The translations under genes were made by a program, and so were the position numbers. The notes under the pieces are model-generated. The model was given only the letters and a program-made list of their open reading frames with translations. It made no database searches and was not told where the DNA came from. A DNA stretch of 64,000 nucleotides, from positions 825,834 through 889,833 of the forward strand of contig NW_002060965.1 of the NCBI RefSeq assembly GCF_000150275.1. The letters are read 5' to 3'. Shown here in pieces: positions 40,883-52,624 of the stretch. Numbering within the stretch: position 1 is the stretch's first letter; each line of letters starts with the position of its first letter. This stretch comes from Trichoplax adhaerens (Eukaryota; Animalia; Placozoa).

Positions 40883-42877
40883 TTAATTTTTCCAATTCAA
40901 TTTACGATGAAAGAAATGGAACATCCCAGGGTGGCAAAGCCTCTCAATTTCCATTTGATGTTTTAGTATTCTATCAGCCATTTCAGAATCTTCGCCACCC
41001 CATTTAAATTTAAATTTTTCAACTTCCATACCACCAAGAGCATCATAATCACCTTTATAATAGGCCATAATACCGAATCCATCTCTTTCGTAGAATCCGT
41101 TAGGATTGGATAAATTATGCCCACAATATAATCGAACAATAATGGGCATATAAACACTTCTTTTTCGAATACATCGTTTGCGAATATTATCTAATAAATC
41201 ATGAGGGAAATTAATATGTAAATCATACTGTAATACTATACTTTCGGGATCATCGATACTGCGTATAGCAGTATCCATACCGATCGTTTTAGAGAAATTT
41301 TGATAATCTTTATACATAGGTATGACTTTATAATTTTGTAAAGGGCTAGCTTTCAATTCTTTTAATACATCCAAATTTTCATTAGAATCACGGCCAAAAT
41401 CAGCAATAATGACACTAAAATGTTTATCGCCAGTTTGGAGGTAGAAATTACTTAATTCTTTGATAAAATAACGCACCCAACGTGATTGGCCTTTAACAGC
41501 CAAGCAAATATGAACATGGGTAATAGGATTCCAGACCACATCACTGATTAAGCAAAGAATTTGTGAAACTTTACGATGATAAAAGTACTCGGAGATGCGT
41601 TGAATTTTTTGGTTGGTATTATCTTTGACTACCAAATCGAATAAGAGTCGGCTACCGCGACGAGGATCGACTTTCTCTTCAACGCCAACATTTTCTATTA
41701 AGGTATATTGGTTGCGATACTTATCATTTAAAGCTGTCATAAATCGTGCAACAAGTGAATTGGTGCGTTTTGCACTGGCGATACGATTACATGATCGTAA
41801 GCGGTCACGATCAAATATTTTATAATCGAATTTACCTTGGACCATGTGTGCAATTTCTTGTAATTTATTGACAGCACCATAAGTGCGTAATCTAGTTTTC
41901 TTCGTGACAATGTAAGTGGGTCGAAAGTAGCGACATGTCGGTAAAACAATGAGATTACGATGAGCTATTTTAGGTATAACATGATAGTTACGACTAAAGT
42001 TGCTTTCTGGCTTACGAAATACTTTACTAATGCCAATACCTGGTTTGACAAATCGTTGGACCATATGACTAGGTGAATGATAATTCGGTGAATGAGGAAA
42101 GAGAGATAAGTAATCTGTATGAATGGCTTGAGGCAAAGATTGAAAACGACCATTAAAATATTTCCACCTTACTTCAACATATCCCTTGGCTAAGCGTTGA
42201 CCATGTAATACTTCAACAAAATAAGGCCGATTAGCGTATAAATAAAACCAGCCCGATAATTGTGTCTCAACCCATTGCCATCTTTTCTCAGGGAATTCGA
42301 CATCCCACGGTCTTTGCCATGGCTCTACCCAAGCGATCCTTTTGGCTTTGCTTGGTTGAGTACCATTACTGAGCCATAACTCGGCGAAACTATTGGTAGT
42401 TAAGACAAAGGCATAATAACCATCTTTAGGAGGATGAATATAACCAAATATTCGTTGACCATAAATTTCAAGATCATAGAAATAGCGAAATTGATTTATA
42501 GCATGGCAAACTGAGGGTCGATTGGGGAAATATTTCAATTCACGTAAATCATCGACATCTTCTATACAATCGGTGAAATTCTCCCACCGATATAAGCATA
42601 ATTTCCCTCGGCCACGAGTTTTATCATTAGGATCGATATTACAAGGGCAACCATTTACGTTGTTGATGTTGTGATTATTGGTATTCTTCTGATAATTATT
42701 GTTATCGTTATTGATTTGGTTAATTTCCATTGTAAGATCATGAATCGTTTCAGATTGTATACTTGATCGTGACGTTGAGAAAAATGGTTTACGCTGATAG
42801 ATTAATAAAATAGCGAAATCGATCACAGCAGCAAGTTGTAATAATAAAAGAAATTTAATCACCGTACGTTTCATCAT
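40883..42877 (-). CDS. B4GALNT3/4-like beta-1,4-N-acetylgalactosaminyltransferase paralog 3; catalytic motifs intact
   Basis: 664-aa single-exon ORF with a TM, an Asn-rich stem and PA14. The GT domain has FSKTIG, YDLHINFP, GFYERDGFG, KWGGED and ERLCHPGMFHFFHR, matching the B4GALNT3/4 C-terminal pattern. Confidence 0.92.
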   Translation of the reverse strand: MMKRTVIKFLLLLQLAAVIDFAILLIYQRKPFFSTSRSSIQSETIHDLTMEINQINNDNNNYQKNTNNHNINNVNGCPCNIDPNDKTRGRGKLCLYRWENFTDCIEDVDDLRELKYFPNRPSVCHAINQFRYFYDLEIYGQRIFGYIHPPKDGYYAFVLTTNSFAELWLSNGTQPSKAKRIAWVEPWQRPWDVEFPEKRWQWVETQLSGWFYLYANRPYFVEVLHGQRLAKGYVEVRWKYFNGRFQSLPQAIHTDYLSLFPHSPNYHSPSHMVQRFVKPGIGISKVFRKPESNFSRNYHVIPKIAHRNLIVLPTCRYFRPTYIVTKKTRLRTYGAVNKLQEIAHMVQGKFDYKIFDRDRLRSCNRIASAKRTNSLVARFMTALNDKYRNQYTLIENVGVEEKVDPRRGSRLLFDLVVKDNTNQKIQRISEYFYHRKVSQILCLISDVVWNPITHVHICLAVKGQSRWVRYFIKELSNFYLQTGDKHFSVIIADFGRDSNENLDVLKELKASPLQNYKVIPMYKDYQNFSKTIGMDTAIRSIDDPESIVLQYDLHINFPHDLLDNIRKRCIRKRSVYMPIIVRLYCGHNLSNPNGFYERDGFGIMAYYKGDYDALGGMEVEKFKFKWGGEDSEMADRILKHQMEIERLCHPGMFHFFHRKLNWKN

Positions 42878-44352
42878 GTCGAATTAAAAGGGTAAGGATT
42901 GTAGATTGATTTACTAGTTATTTCTTCGATAGTTTATCTTGGAGATGTTTTATTGGTTGGAAATTCTAACCATCGATCAGAACAGTCGATCTCCCCTGCA
43001 CATCTAACGCTACTTAGCCACAATCAATTGGAATGGACGCTAACCAATTGAAATCGATTGTCCTTGCTCAATTCGATAACTAGTGGTATTCCCTATCGAA
43101 ATGTGATCAATCACTGGAATGGAGGGAATAACGATGATGGCTACTGACTCAATCAACTCGAACCGACAAGATGATTTCAACATGAGAGTAAATCGTCGTC
43201 GCTATGGAAAAGTTGCATGATTCTCATTGCAATGGATGTTATTTCTACTTGATCGAGGGTTTACTGCAATAGCGATTGCCGTTAAAATTGGATTTATTAA
43301 ACTGTTAATCAAGCAGAAATTCTAAATGGCTTACATGATCTAGATGGTACGCATTGATTTACCATCGCCATCTTGATCTATTCTATACTGTTGTATGATA
43401 CATTATGCCAACCAAGCATCTATCCCCTCTACTTCAACAAATCAACTCCAGCCAGTTGATTAACAACAAGATAATCAACAGTAATTGCTGATGCCAACTC
43501 GATCATCGACTATAGCAATTGTGACAGTTTAATCGCGTTTTAATAGTGATCAATTTCAACAGCTAGCGATGAAAGAGGCTTCTATATAATTTAACAAATG
43601 ATTCAATCGATTGATATCAGCCACAGTCATAGACTAACGACGAGAGGATGCCATGATCGCCACTGATCGACGACGATTATTGAAGTTGTAGTAAGGTACT
43701 GTCCCGTTCACGATCTCTTTGGACTATAGATGCTAGACGAAGAACGGCTTAGTGATTGGCACTCCAGCCTCCGCCTATTGATGGTATCCATAATGATTGA
43801 TTGACTCATTCTTCCTCAGAAAATGGCATTATAGTGTAGATAGTAGTCATGCGGAAACATGCCTCGGGTTAGGCTAGAAATGGAGATACCTTGATCAGAG
43901 ATTTGCTTTGATAGGGATAATGGCTGCAATACAACGCTATAGGTGGTCGACTGGACTAGTCGTCGTCTCTCTCCATCAAAGCTAGTATAGTAATGCATAG
44001 TGGTGAAAGCCATGTTTTCGTATTATGGCTACGATTTGTATCGATTGTTCAACAATAGCAAGGTTCCAAAAACTTCTTCTCCAATTAATTAGCAATTATC
44101 CAAAGTCAATAAAGACTTCCCTCTTTCTTGAAGATGACAATCTTCACCTATAGATGATAGAAATCAGTATTCGACCACCATGCAATCCACCCATTACAAT
44201 GCTATATTAGAATACAACAGTCATTCACTGCTGCATATTAGAATACAAGAGTCATTTACTGCTGCAAGATGGCGTCAACGCCAGGTCAAACACATCCCGG
44301 TGGTAGAGCTTGTGTAGTGGCCACACTTTTGTCTTGCGATCTATACCATAAT

Positions 44353-45517
44353 GGACCTCTCCAAATTTCTACTTTAAATTTCCAGTAGTCTATGTTCCTG
44401 TAGTCTACTTTAAATTTTCAATAGTCTATTGTAGAATAAACACATCTTCACTAGACGCTAAGGACCACTTCAAATTTCTACTTTAAATTTTCAGTAGTCT
44501 ATGTTCCTGTAGAATAGACACATCTTCACTAGACGTTATGAACCACTCCAAATTTCTACTTTAAATTTTCAGTAGTCCATGTTCGAGTAGAATAGACGCA
44601 TCTTCACTAGACGCTATGAACCACTCCAAATTTCTACTTTAAATTTTCAATAGTCTATTGTAGAATAAAAACATCTTCACTAGACGCTAAGGACCACTTC
44701 AAATTTCTACTTTAAATTTCCAGTAGTCTATGTTCCTGTAGAATAGACACATCTTCACTACACGCTATGAACCACTCCAAATTTCTGCTTTAAATTTTCA
44801 GTAGTCCATGTTCCTGTAGAATAGACACATCTTCACTAGACGCTATGAACCACTCCAAATTTCTACTTTAAATTTTCAGTAGTCCATGTTCCTGTAGAAT
44901 AGACGCATCTTCACTAGACGCTATGAACCACTCCAAATTTCTACTTTAAATTTTCAGTAGTCCATGTTCCTGTAGAATAGACGCATCTTCACTAGACGCT
45001 ATGAACCACTCCAAATTTCTACTTTAAATTTTCAATAGTCTATTGTAGAATAAAGACATCTTCACTAGACGCTATGGACCACTCCAAATTTCTACTTTAA
45101 ATTTCCAGTAGTCTATGTTCCTGTAGAATAGACACATCTTCACTAGACGTTATGAACCACTCCAAATTTCTACTTTAAATTTTCAATAGTCTATTGTAGA
45201 ATAAACACATCTTCACTAGACGTTATGAACCACTCCAAATTTCTACTTTAAATTTTCAATAGTCTATTGTAGAATAAACACATCTTCACTAGACGCTATG
45301 GACCACTCCAAATTTCTACTTTAAATTTTCAATAGTCTATTGTAGGATAAACACATCTTCACTACACGCTATGAACCACTCCAAATTTCTACTTTAAATT
45401 TCCAGCAGTCTATTGTAGAATAAACACATCTTCACTACACGCTAAGGACCACTTCAAATTTCTACTTTAAATTTCCAGTAGTCTATGTTCCTGTAGAATA
45501 GACACATCTTCACCAGA
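44353..45517. repeat. Young minisatellite, ~15 near-identical units of two length variants (78 and 73 bp)
   Basis: Unit: 'accactccaaatttctactttaaatttt cagtagtc[c/t]atgttcctgtagaatagac.catcttcactagacgctatg'. Starts at 44463, 44541, 44619, 44692, 44770, 44848, 44926, 45004, 45077, 45155, 45228, 45301, 45374 and 45447, plus partial units from 44353. Confidence 0.97.
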
Positions 45518-47329
45518 CATGGATGCTCGTCCGATATTAAGCATATCTTCATATGAGTGACGATATTGAGTGGCTGTTATTTCTGCCAAATTACCCGTGT
45601 AAATGAATAGGTAATCAATTTCGAGGAAGCTCGGACAACATTATAATCTATCTTGCAGCCTAAATAAACTTTTGGATAGATACGATGGTGGATGAGCTAG
45701 AAATGGTTCTTATCATTGACGGCTAAGTAAATTACTAGCATAAATGAATGGATAAAAAAATCTTGAGTAAGCTGTAAATGCCATAAAATCGCAATTGACT
45801 GTATCTGGTGACTGAGTTGTTTTTGGAGGGATGGGAAAATGAATAAAGTAAGAATGAATAGTATTGTATTAAAAAAATGTGAACGCAAATTTCATACCAT
45901 TGCTATGAAATTGAAGTCTTCACTTTTTTAAATACAAAACTACTCATTCTCCCTTTTTAATTAAACAGCCGCGATAGTTGATAGACCAGAAATGGTTCAA
46001 TCTATCTGACAGCTTGAATCATTTTTAGATAGCAACGGTAGTCAATGGACTAGAAATAGTTAAAGCAAACTAGGTCAATCTGGAGATTTCTGTAGGAATA
46101 ACTCACATGATAGAAAGTTACGGGCGATTGAACTCTCGGCCCATCAAGTCTAATCAGCATCAATAGTGCTGCCATTTTATGCAATACGATAGGCCTAAAG
46201 AGAAGTCTGCGGAAGATTTCACGGAGAATGTATTGACAAAATAGAATATACAAAAATAGGATCCAAAGAACTTTAAAACAACCCCAATTGCTATGTAGAA
46301 GACTTACTGGGCGCATATAACTCTGATATTAGCGTATATTAAATTAGAGTACAGAAATATTTTTACAACACGCTATGCCTTATTCAGGCATTTGATTGAT
46401 CCTAGTTCATGCCAAGACGGATATCTCTTCGCTGTTGACCATATACTTTGTGTATTTGTTAAAACGTTCGCTGTGTTACTCTTATCCGATGGATTGCAAG
46501 TTCCAATGTCCAATTAAATATGGCTGATTCCGTAAAAATGCTGCTGGAATTCATGATTGGAATAAATAAACTAAAACAAATAAATAAGTGCGTAAATAAT
46601 GATATCATAGGCCACAAGAGTAAAACATCAGTTGCCAACACGCCATGTTACAGTGCTGCATATCAATATCAACATAGATTATAATTTGCTAATTTACATT
46701 TTATGCTCGTAGGTAAGGTCAAGTCAAACAATATCTATAAGGCACATGGACATGATGATACAAGAATCCTTAGTTAAATCTCCCATTCTGTGTGCAACTT
46801 TCACATTGCTGCCTATCTCGACCTATTTAATTTCAAGTCTTTAAACAAACTGCAATCGCAATCTGAAGATTGAAACCTATTTCAGTTTCATACATGATAT
46901 AAACTACCAATTTTGCAACGCTTACTAATTGAATTATAATTACCAACCAATTCAGGTCGACCTGTGAATCATGATATTGTTAAGATTCAATCCTTGAGCA
47001 TGGATGGATACAACATGATGTAGGTCGTTATTTATTATTGAAGGTAAATTATGCACGCCGTCTATGATGGTAAACATCAATTCAAGGTCGTAATATTCTC
47101 AAATGCAGCTTAATATATTTCAAAATTTAAGTTTCACTAACTATTTCAAAAGGCGCATTTGCAATGATATTTCAGTGTAGTCCAGCCCCAAATTAGCTTA
47201 AGATTACAAATAATTTATGTAATAATAAAATGAAGCTTACAAGAAACTGTACTTCTTGTTTTATTATTATTATAAAGATAGCTTATCACATTCAGTTCAC
47301 GAAAATCATATCACAGGCTCTGCTAGTAA

Positions 47330-48230
47330 ACTGTATTATGCTGGCAATCATATTGCTAAATGGTCATCTTTTTCAGCAATGAGGACAACTAATAGTAAAT
47401 GCCTCAAGTAGAAATGTTTACGATACTGTCATCCAACAACATACGTAAATAAGATATTGTTATAGCTGTGCTACCTTCAATGCACCTCGAGAATATTTAC
47501 TAACAGTTTTAATCCATGAGCCTAGTGGCGACGCACGATTGGGTGTATAGGAAATGACCAACTAATTATAATTTAACAAAGATATTCAATTAATAGAGAT
47601 TTATCTTAGGTATGATGAATCATGGCTGAATTGTATTATACTACTAATCCTATCATCAAGCCTATTTCAGAATTAGGGATGTGCTAAATAATAAATAGAG
47701 CAAGTCTCTTCACTGAAATACTTACGACAATGTCATCCAACACCATGAACTAATACCCTATGGCTCTACCTGCGTCATTCTTAACGTACCTAAATTTACT
47801 TGCTTGTGACCAACCTTTTATTGTATCTTAACCATATTATTGCAACGAAATTTTAGCTAATGTAGACTTTAGAATTATACTATAGTATTCGGTCGTTGAA
47901 ACTAAATTATTTGGTGATTGATAGAGCGAATTTCGCCTCTTTAATTCAGCAACAGGCGTTCTTCGTAAGCATTGGCGTCTGTAGACTACTTTGTCACTAA
48001 TGGTGTGTGATAGTAATTATATCATCAAGCCTTTTTTCACCATTACCGTATGCATATTTACTAAACGAGTTCTTTTAATAAAACTAGTCACAACAGTATC
48101 ATGCAACATATATGAACACAGTACATTGCCATACTTGTGTAACTCTTAATGAACGCATCTAAAATTACTCATTTATAAATAATTTTAATAGGAATAAGTT
48201 ATACACTACTCTTATGTGTTACCTGAGCTC
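47330..48230. repeat. Degenerate tandem triplication, ~300-365 bp period
   Basis: 'tacga.a.tgtcatccaaca.ca' at ~47419 and 47723, with a variant at 48089. 'atcatcaagcct.tttca' at ~47652 and 48021. Confidence 0.6.
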
Positions 48231-48764
48231 CATCAGTTTAGAAATAATAGTCAAGAAGGCTAGCTAATACGTGCATGAATTCAACAGCAATGTGGTTTAG
48301 CTCTTAACCATCGTATTATTATAAATTATACTGTATAACACTATACAACAAGATTATATACGGTCTTCTTCACCATTTTTACTTCTATACTCTTACCGTA
48401 GAAATTCTTAATAATTCAGGATATCGTGTAATAAGTTCTACATATTCCGCGATTAGAATTACATATATAGTATTTCAAACCAAGGAGATAATAAGCAAGC
48501 AACAGCGTGAAATAGAGCATTAATTAATTATTGATAGAAATTATAAATTTGGGATGCATACAGTTATGACTATGATGCCTACATTAGATATTTACAGCAA
48601 GTCAAAATCATGTATTAGGTAACAAATAGCTCTCTTAGTGAACTTAATTTTAAGGTAAAAATTTTCAAATTGAACACCCACTATGCGTAGAACAATGATA
48701 GGCAGATCTTAGGAAAGCATTAGGATGCCTTTCAATGCTGATAGTGTGGTTCACTGTCATATTG

Positions 48765-50660
48765 CTAATCATGACGATATTGTCGAAATAGTAATGGGTA
48801 GCTAGTCCTTTCGATGTCTAATTCATTTTCTATCAACTTTCTAAGTAGCATAGCAAAAGCTTTTACAGGCTTGTCTTGATGAATAATCCCTTGATAATCA
48901 CTGATATAACAAGAAAGGATATTATAATAATCACGATCAACGTATCCATCCGGTCTTTGGAAGTTGAATCCGCAGTTTAAATTAATAACCAATGGCGCAA
49001 AACATTGTCTACCTTCTATCGTCTTTTTCCGAATCTCTTGCATCAACTGGCTTGAAAAATGGACAGCAGGATCAAAATAGAATAGGATACTATTAGTCAG
49101 ATTAATAGGCTGTTGAAGAACCTGTTTTAACGGAGAAATAATATCACTTGACTGGGCAGTATCGTCGATCCAGAAATATTTTTTCTTTAGTCTACTTTTC
49201 TGTAATTTCGCTTTAATCTTAGGAGTACTTGTAAACCCCTTGTCTATAATCGTAAGTGTGAAGTAATCGCTATCTAGGCTTTGGGTATACCATTTCTCGA
49301 TTTCCAGGACTGCTCGTAGTACAAGTGAATACTTGTGATCATGATTAATCATCATGATCATATTCACAGGTGCAGTGTTGGACCATTGAAAGTCGGCGTC
49401 ATAACACCACTGATGATTGGTTTTATTTTTGTAAAAGTACTCCGACAACTGGTAATGTTGGCTACCTTGGGCAACTTTTAGTTCGATAAAATATCGACTT
49501 CCTGCGGATGGATCTAGCTTCTCTTCAACGCGAATAGTCTGTAACAATGTTAGTGGTTTGCCTATCTGGTTATAATAACTCTGATATCTTGTAAAGATGT
49601 CTTGAACAACGCTTTTAGCAGCTCCTTGAGCTAGAGCAGGAATTAATTCAATCTTTCCACGTACAGGAGAAATATAGCTGCGAAATTCATCACCAAATAC
49701 ACGATATGCTACCGCCATAACTTGTTGAAAGCGATTTCGAGTTGTCAATAAATAATTAGGAAGGCGATTATGACAGTATTGTAAGCTACTAGCATGAATG
49801 ATACCATCCGATATTACGAATCGTTGGAGATGATAAAATTGAACGATTCGATTAAGTTGGTAATTAATTTGGTAAGGTAGATGAAATGATTTCCAATCAA
49901 TTTTCCACCCTTCAACGTGATGGCTAGCTTGTTTCTGAGCTACCGAATTGGCTATATCATCTTCTTGCAATAATGATATATGACGATGACTGATTACGCC
50001 TAAATTTTTCTCAATTTTTCCATCATAATATTTCCATTTGACTGCTAAAAATGATTTTGTATTACCAGTCACTTGTAAAAGCTCTATCCAATACTGACGA
50101 CCTTTTTCCATATAAATCCACGGGCTTTTTGTTGGTAATTTAATCCTCAAGTTCATCCTTTGCGAACCTAGAAAAGTATGAGCAATACGAAATATATTCC
50201 GACTGGTATTATCTCGACTTAACCATAACTCGCAGCTGGATTTACTGACAAGTTCAAATGTGTATAAAGCGTTGAATGGTGGATGAATAAAACCTACTAT
50301 TCGGTTACCAACGTTAACTGGCGACTGATCAACTTGTAGTCTGTCTACTGACCGACAATGTAAAGGTTGGAAAGGAAATGTCTTTGCTTCCTTCAAATCA
50401 TCGATATGCTCTAGGCATCGATTATGATTAATCCATTGGTATAAGCATAATTTACCGTCGAAATCTTTAGGTGTTTGTCCCTTGCAATGGCACGAAATTG
50501 AGCCTACCTTGGACTTTATCCTTAGTGCGCCTAAGTTGGTCTGATTGAAATTATTAATCAATAACTGCATAGGCCGGCGGGTATCACTTCCAAAATCAAA
50601 GTAAAAAATAACGATAAATATAATGACAATCAGTTGTAAAAATATAAATTCCACCTTCAT
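48765..50660 (-). CDS. B4GALNT3/4-like PA14 + GT7/CHGN paralog 4; probable pseudoenzyme, most divergent
   Basis: 631-aa single-exon ORF with a TM. 'GNRIVGFIHPP..SKSSCELWLS' and 'VEEKLDPSAGSRYFIE' are present. FDPAVHFS replaces DLH and there is no GFG or WGGED. Confidence 0.86.
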   Translation of the reverse strand: MKVEFIFLQLIVIIFIVIFYFDFGSDTRRPMQLLINNFNQTNLGALRIKSKVGSISCHCKGQTPKDFDGKLCLYQWINHNRCLEHIDDLKEAKTFPFQPLHCRSVDRLQVDQSPVNVGNRIVGFIHPPFNALYTFELVSKSSCELWLSRDNTSRNIFRIAHTFLGSQRMNLRIKLPTKSPWIYMEKGRQYWIELLQVTGNTKSFLAVKWKYYDGKIEKNLGVISHRHISLLQEDDIANSVAQKQASHHVEGWKIDWKSFHLPYQINYQLNRIVQFYHLQRFVISDGIIHASSLQYCHNRLPNYLLTTRNRFQQVMAVAYRVFGDEFRSYISPVRGKIELIPALAQGAAKSVVQDIFTRYQSYYNQIGKPLTLLQTIRVEEKLDPSAGSRYFIELKVAQGSQHYQLSEYFYKNKTNHQWCYDADFQWSNTAPVNMIMMINHDHKYSLVLRAVLEIEKWYTQSLDSDYFTLTIIDKGFTSTPKIKAKLQKSRLKKKYFWIDDTAQSSDIISPLKQVLQQPINLTNSILFYFDPAVHFSSQLMQEIRKKTIEGRQCFAPLVINLNCGFNFQRPDGYVDRDYYNILSCYISDYQGIIHQDKPVKAFAMLLRKLIENELDIERTSYPLLFRQYRHD

Positions 50661-52624
50661 TATACTGTAGCTTGATATAGATTTTTATAGTATTGGAAGA
50701 AAATATGGTATAATGCATTCCAAGCAATTGGTAATTCTAAAGCCACAAATTTTCACTGTCATCGAAATAATTTCATGAGGAAATAATGATGAAAGTACCA
50801 ATAATCCATTCGGTTATTACTTAGGTAGTTTTTAGGGTAGAGTCGTGAGAACATTAGCGATTGACCAAATTGAATTAAAACCGCATAAATACGGGTAGCA
50901 AGACTGAAATTAATCAAAGATAAATGGCTTTCTTTTAAAACTAGCCGACAAAAGAGTAAGCGATATTGCAAGTATTATAATTAATTTGCTAAAAAAGTTT
51001 TAAAAGTTTCTGTCATTCACCAGATCGAATTCGAATCACGTAGATTGTAAGGTTGAAATAAATTTAATGGTAAAACAGTTCCATCTAAATTCGTAGATTT
51101 TGCCTGGACTATGCTAGCTTAACCGATTAAAAAGTGTTAAAAAAGTTCGCTAAATATTAGTAATGCAAAAGGTTGAATTCAAACTATATCGATGGCAGAG
51201 TTGAAATAAAGAAAAAGTCCGCAAGTTTTCAATTACATCTACTCTGTCTATCTTAGCAGAAATGGAAGACGCTACGTTTTTTATGGCTAACCGATATAGA
51301 AAATTCACTACGTGATCACGATTGTCAGCAATATAGTCTTTATTCAGCAAAAATCTAAAACAGAGATTTTCCAAGTGTTCAATGCGTGATTAATAGGGTC
51401 AACATCTGTTGCCTTTATTGACATACAAGCACTTGTTCATGGAATAGAATCGCGTTCTTTTTATAGTTTATTACAGACCACTAGGTTATAGTATTGATTA
51501 GGAAAACAGAAAAATTTCCATACTCCATAGCAAAAAAACAGTATAAATTAAAGTCAGATCTAATATCAAGAGTTAATAAGGCTTGTGCTATTCCATCATC
51601 ACGATTTTATTAGGGTTTTTTTCGAATGTTGAAATACGCTTATCGCAGCATTTCATCAGAATAGTTATATGATCATACACCGTATACATTGGTGCAGAGA
51701 AATTACAGATACGATAGATTACCTTGATAATTTTACCAATGGTTTAAATCAATTTGAAAGTAAAAGTCTTATAGATTAGCAGTATCAAGGTTCAATCCGC
51801 ACTTAGTTACGTCAATTTTGCCATATCTGGAGTTCGTCCATGTCTTGGCAATTGTGTATTATAGAAATTACATATACTTTTAAATCGATTTAACAGTATA
51901 TTCTTGAACAATATCGCACATGCTATCGACAGTTATACTGTGTTCACAATCTTTGAAATCAATTTAGAAGTAAGGTCATATACAACAATATTATCAACAT
52001 TCAATAAGATCTTTACACATTAACTCGTCAAATTATTATAGCATTTATCAATATATACTCGTACTTATATTTTCCTTACAAAAAATAACCTCGTAAATAC
52101 GGCAGAGAAATCTTACTTTATTCATTTTATAAACCGGATATAGTATAGTTTTTTAATCAGTTAGAGTTCTTTGAAATAAAAATCTTCCTGTAGTAGCAAT
52201 TTATTACAGATAATCGCAGGTAAACTCTATATTCCACGAAATAGACCACACATCGTATCACTTTTTTGAGGGTTCAGATTTTAGTATCACTTACAATATA
52301 ATCTTCCTGGACAGCATTAACAAGGCTCAATAAGCTACCTACATACTGCTATGTGCATCAAGGGATATTAATTTGCTATAATCAGACAATTAAAGGTAAA
52401 CCTTATATCCCATGAAATAGGAAAGTAGGTGGAAATAGTTTATGAAATTGACTTTACCGAAAAATTATTTCTCCTCTCTAAAATGAAAAGACCAGATCAT
52501 TTGCGATAAGTTACATAGACATCTATACCGAAAGTAAAATTGAGATGGATTAGGAAAAATAAATTGAGCAAACCGATATACACAATAAATCCATGGAATA
52601 TCTTGCCACAATTTCCTTATATGA

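Noticed and set aside
40696-41007. 103-aa plus-strand ORF and other short ORFs overlapping GT genes (20506, 40963, 41613, 41737, 41965, 52666, 57122, 60743)
   Set aside because: Antisense or alternate-frame shadows of the long GT ORFs with no motifs.
44353-45517. CRISPR-like regular array
   Set aside because: The units are repeated end to end with no unique spacers, there are no cas genes, and the context is eukaryotic.
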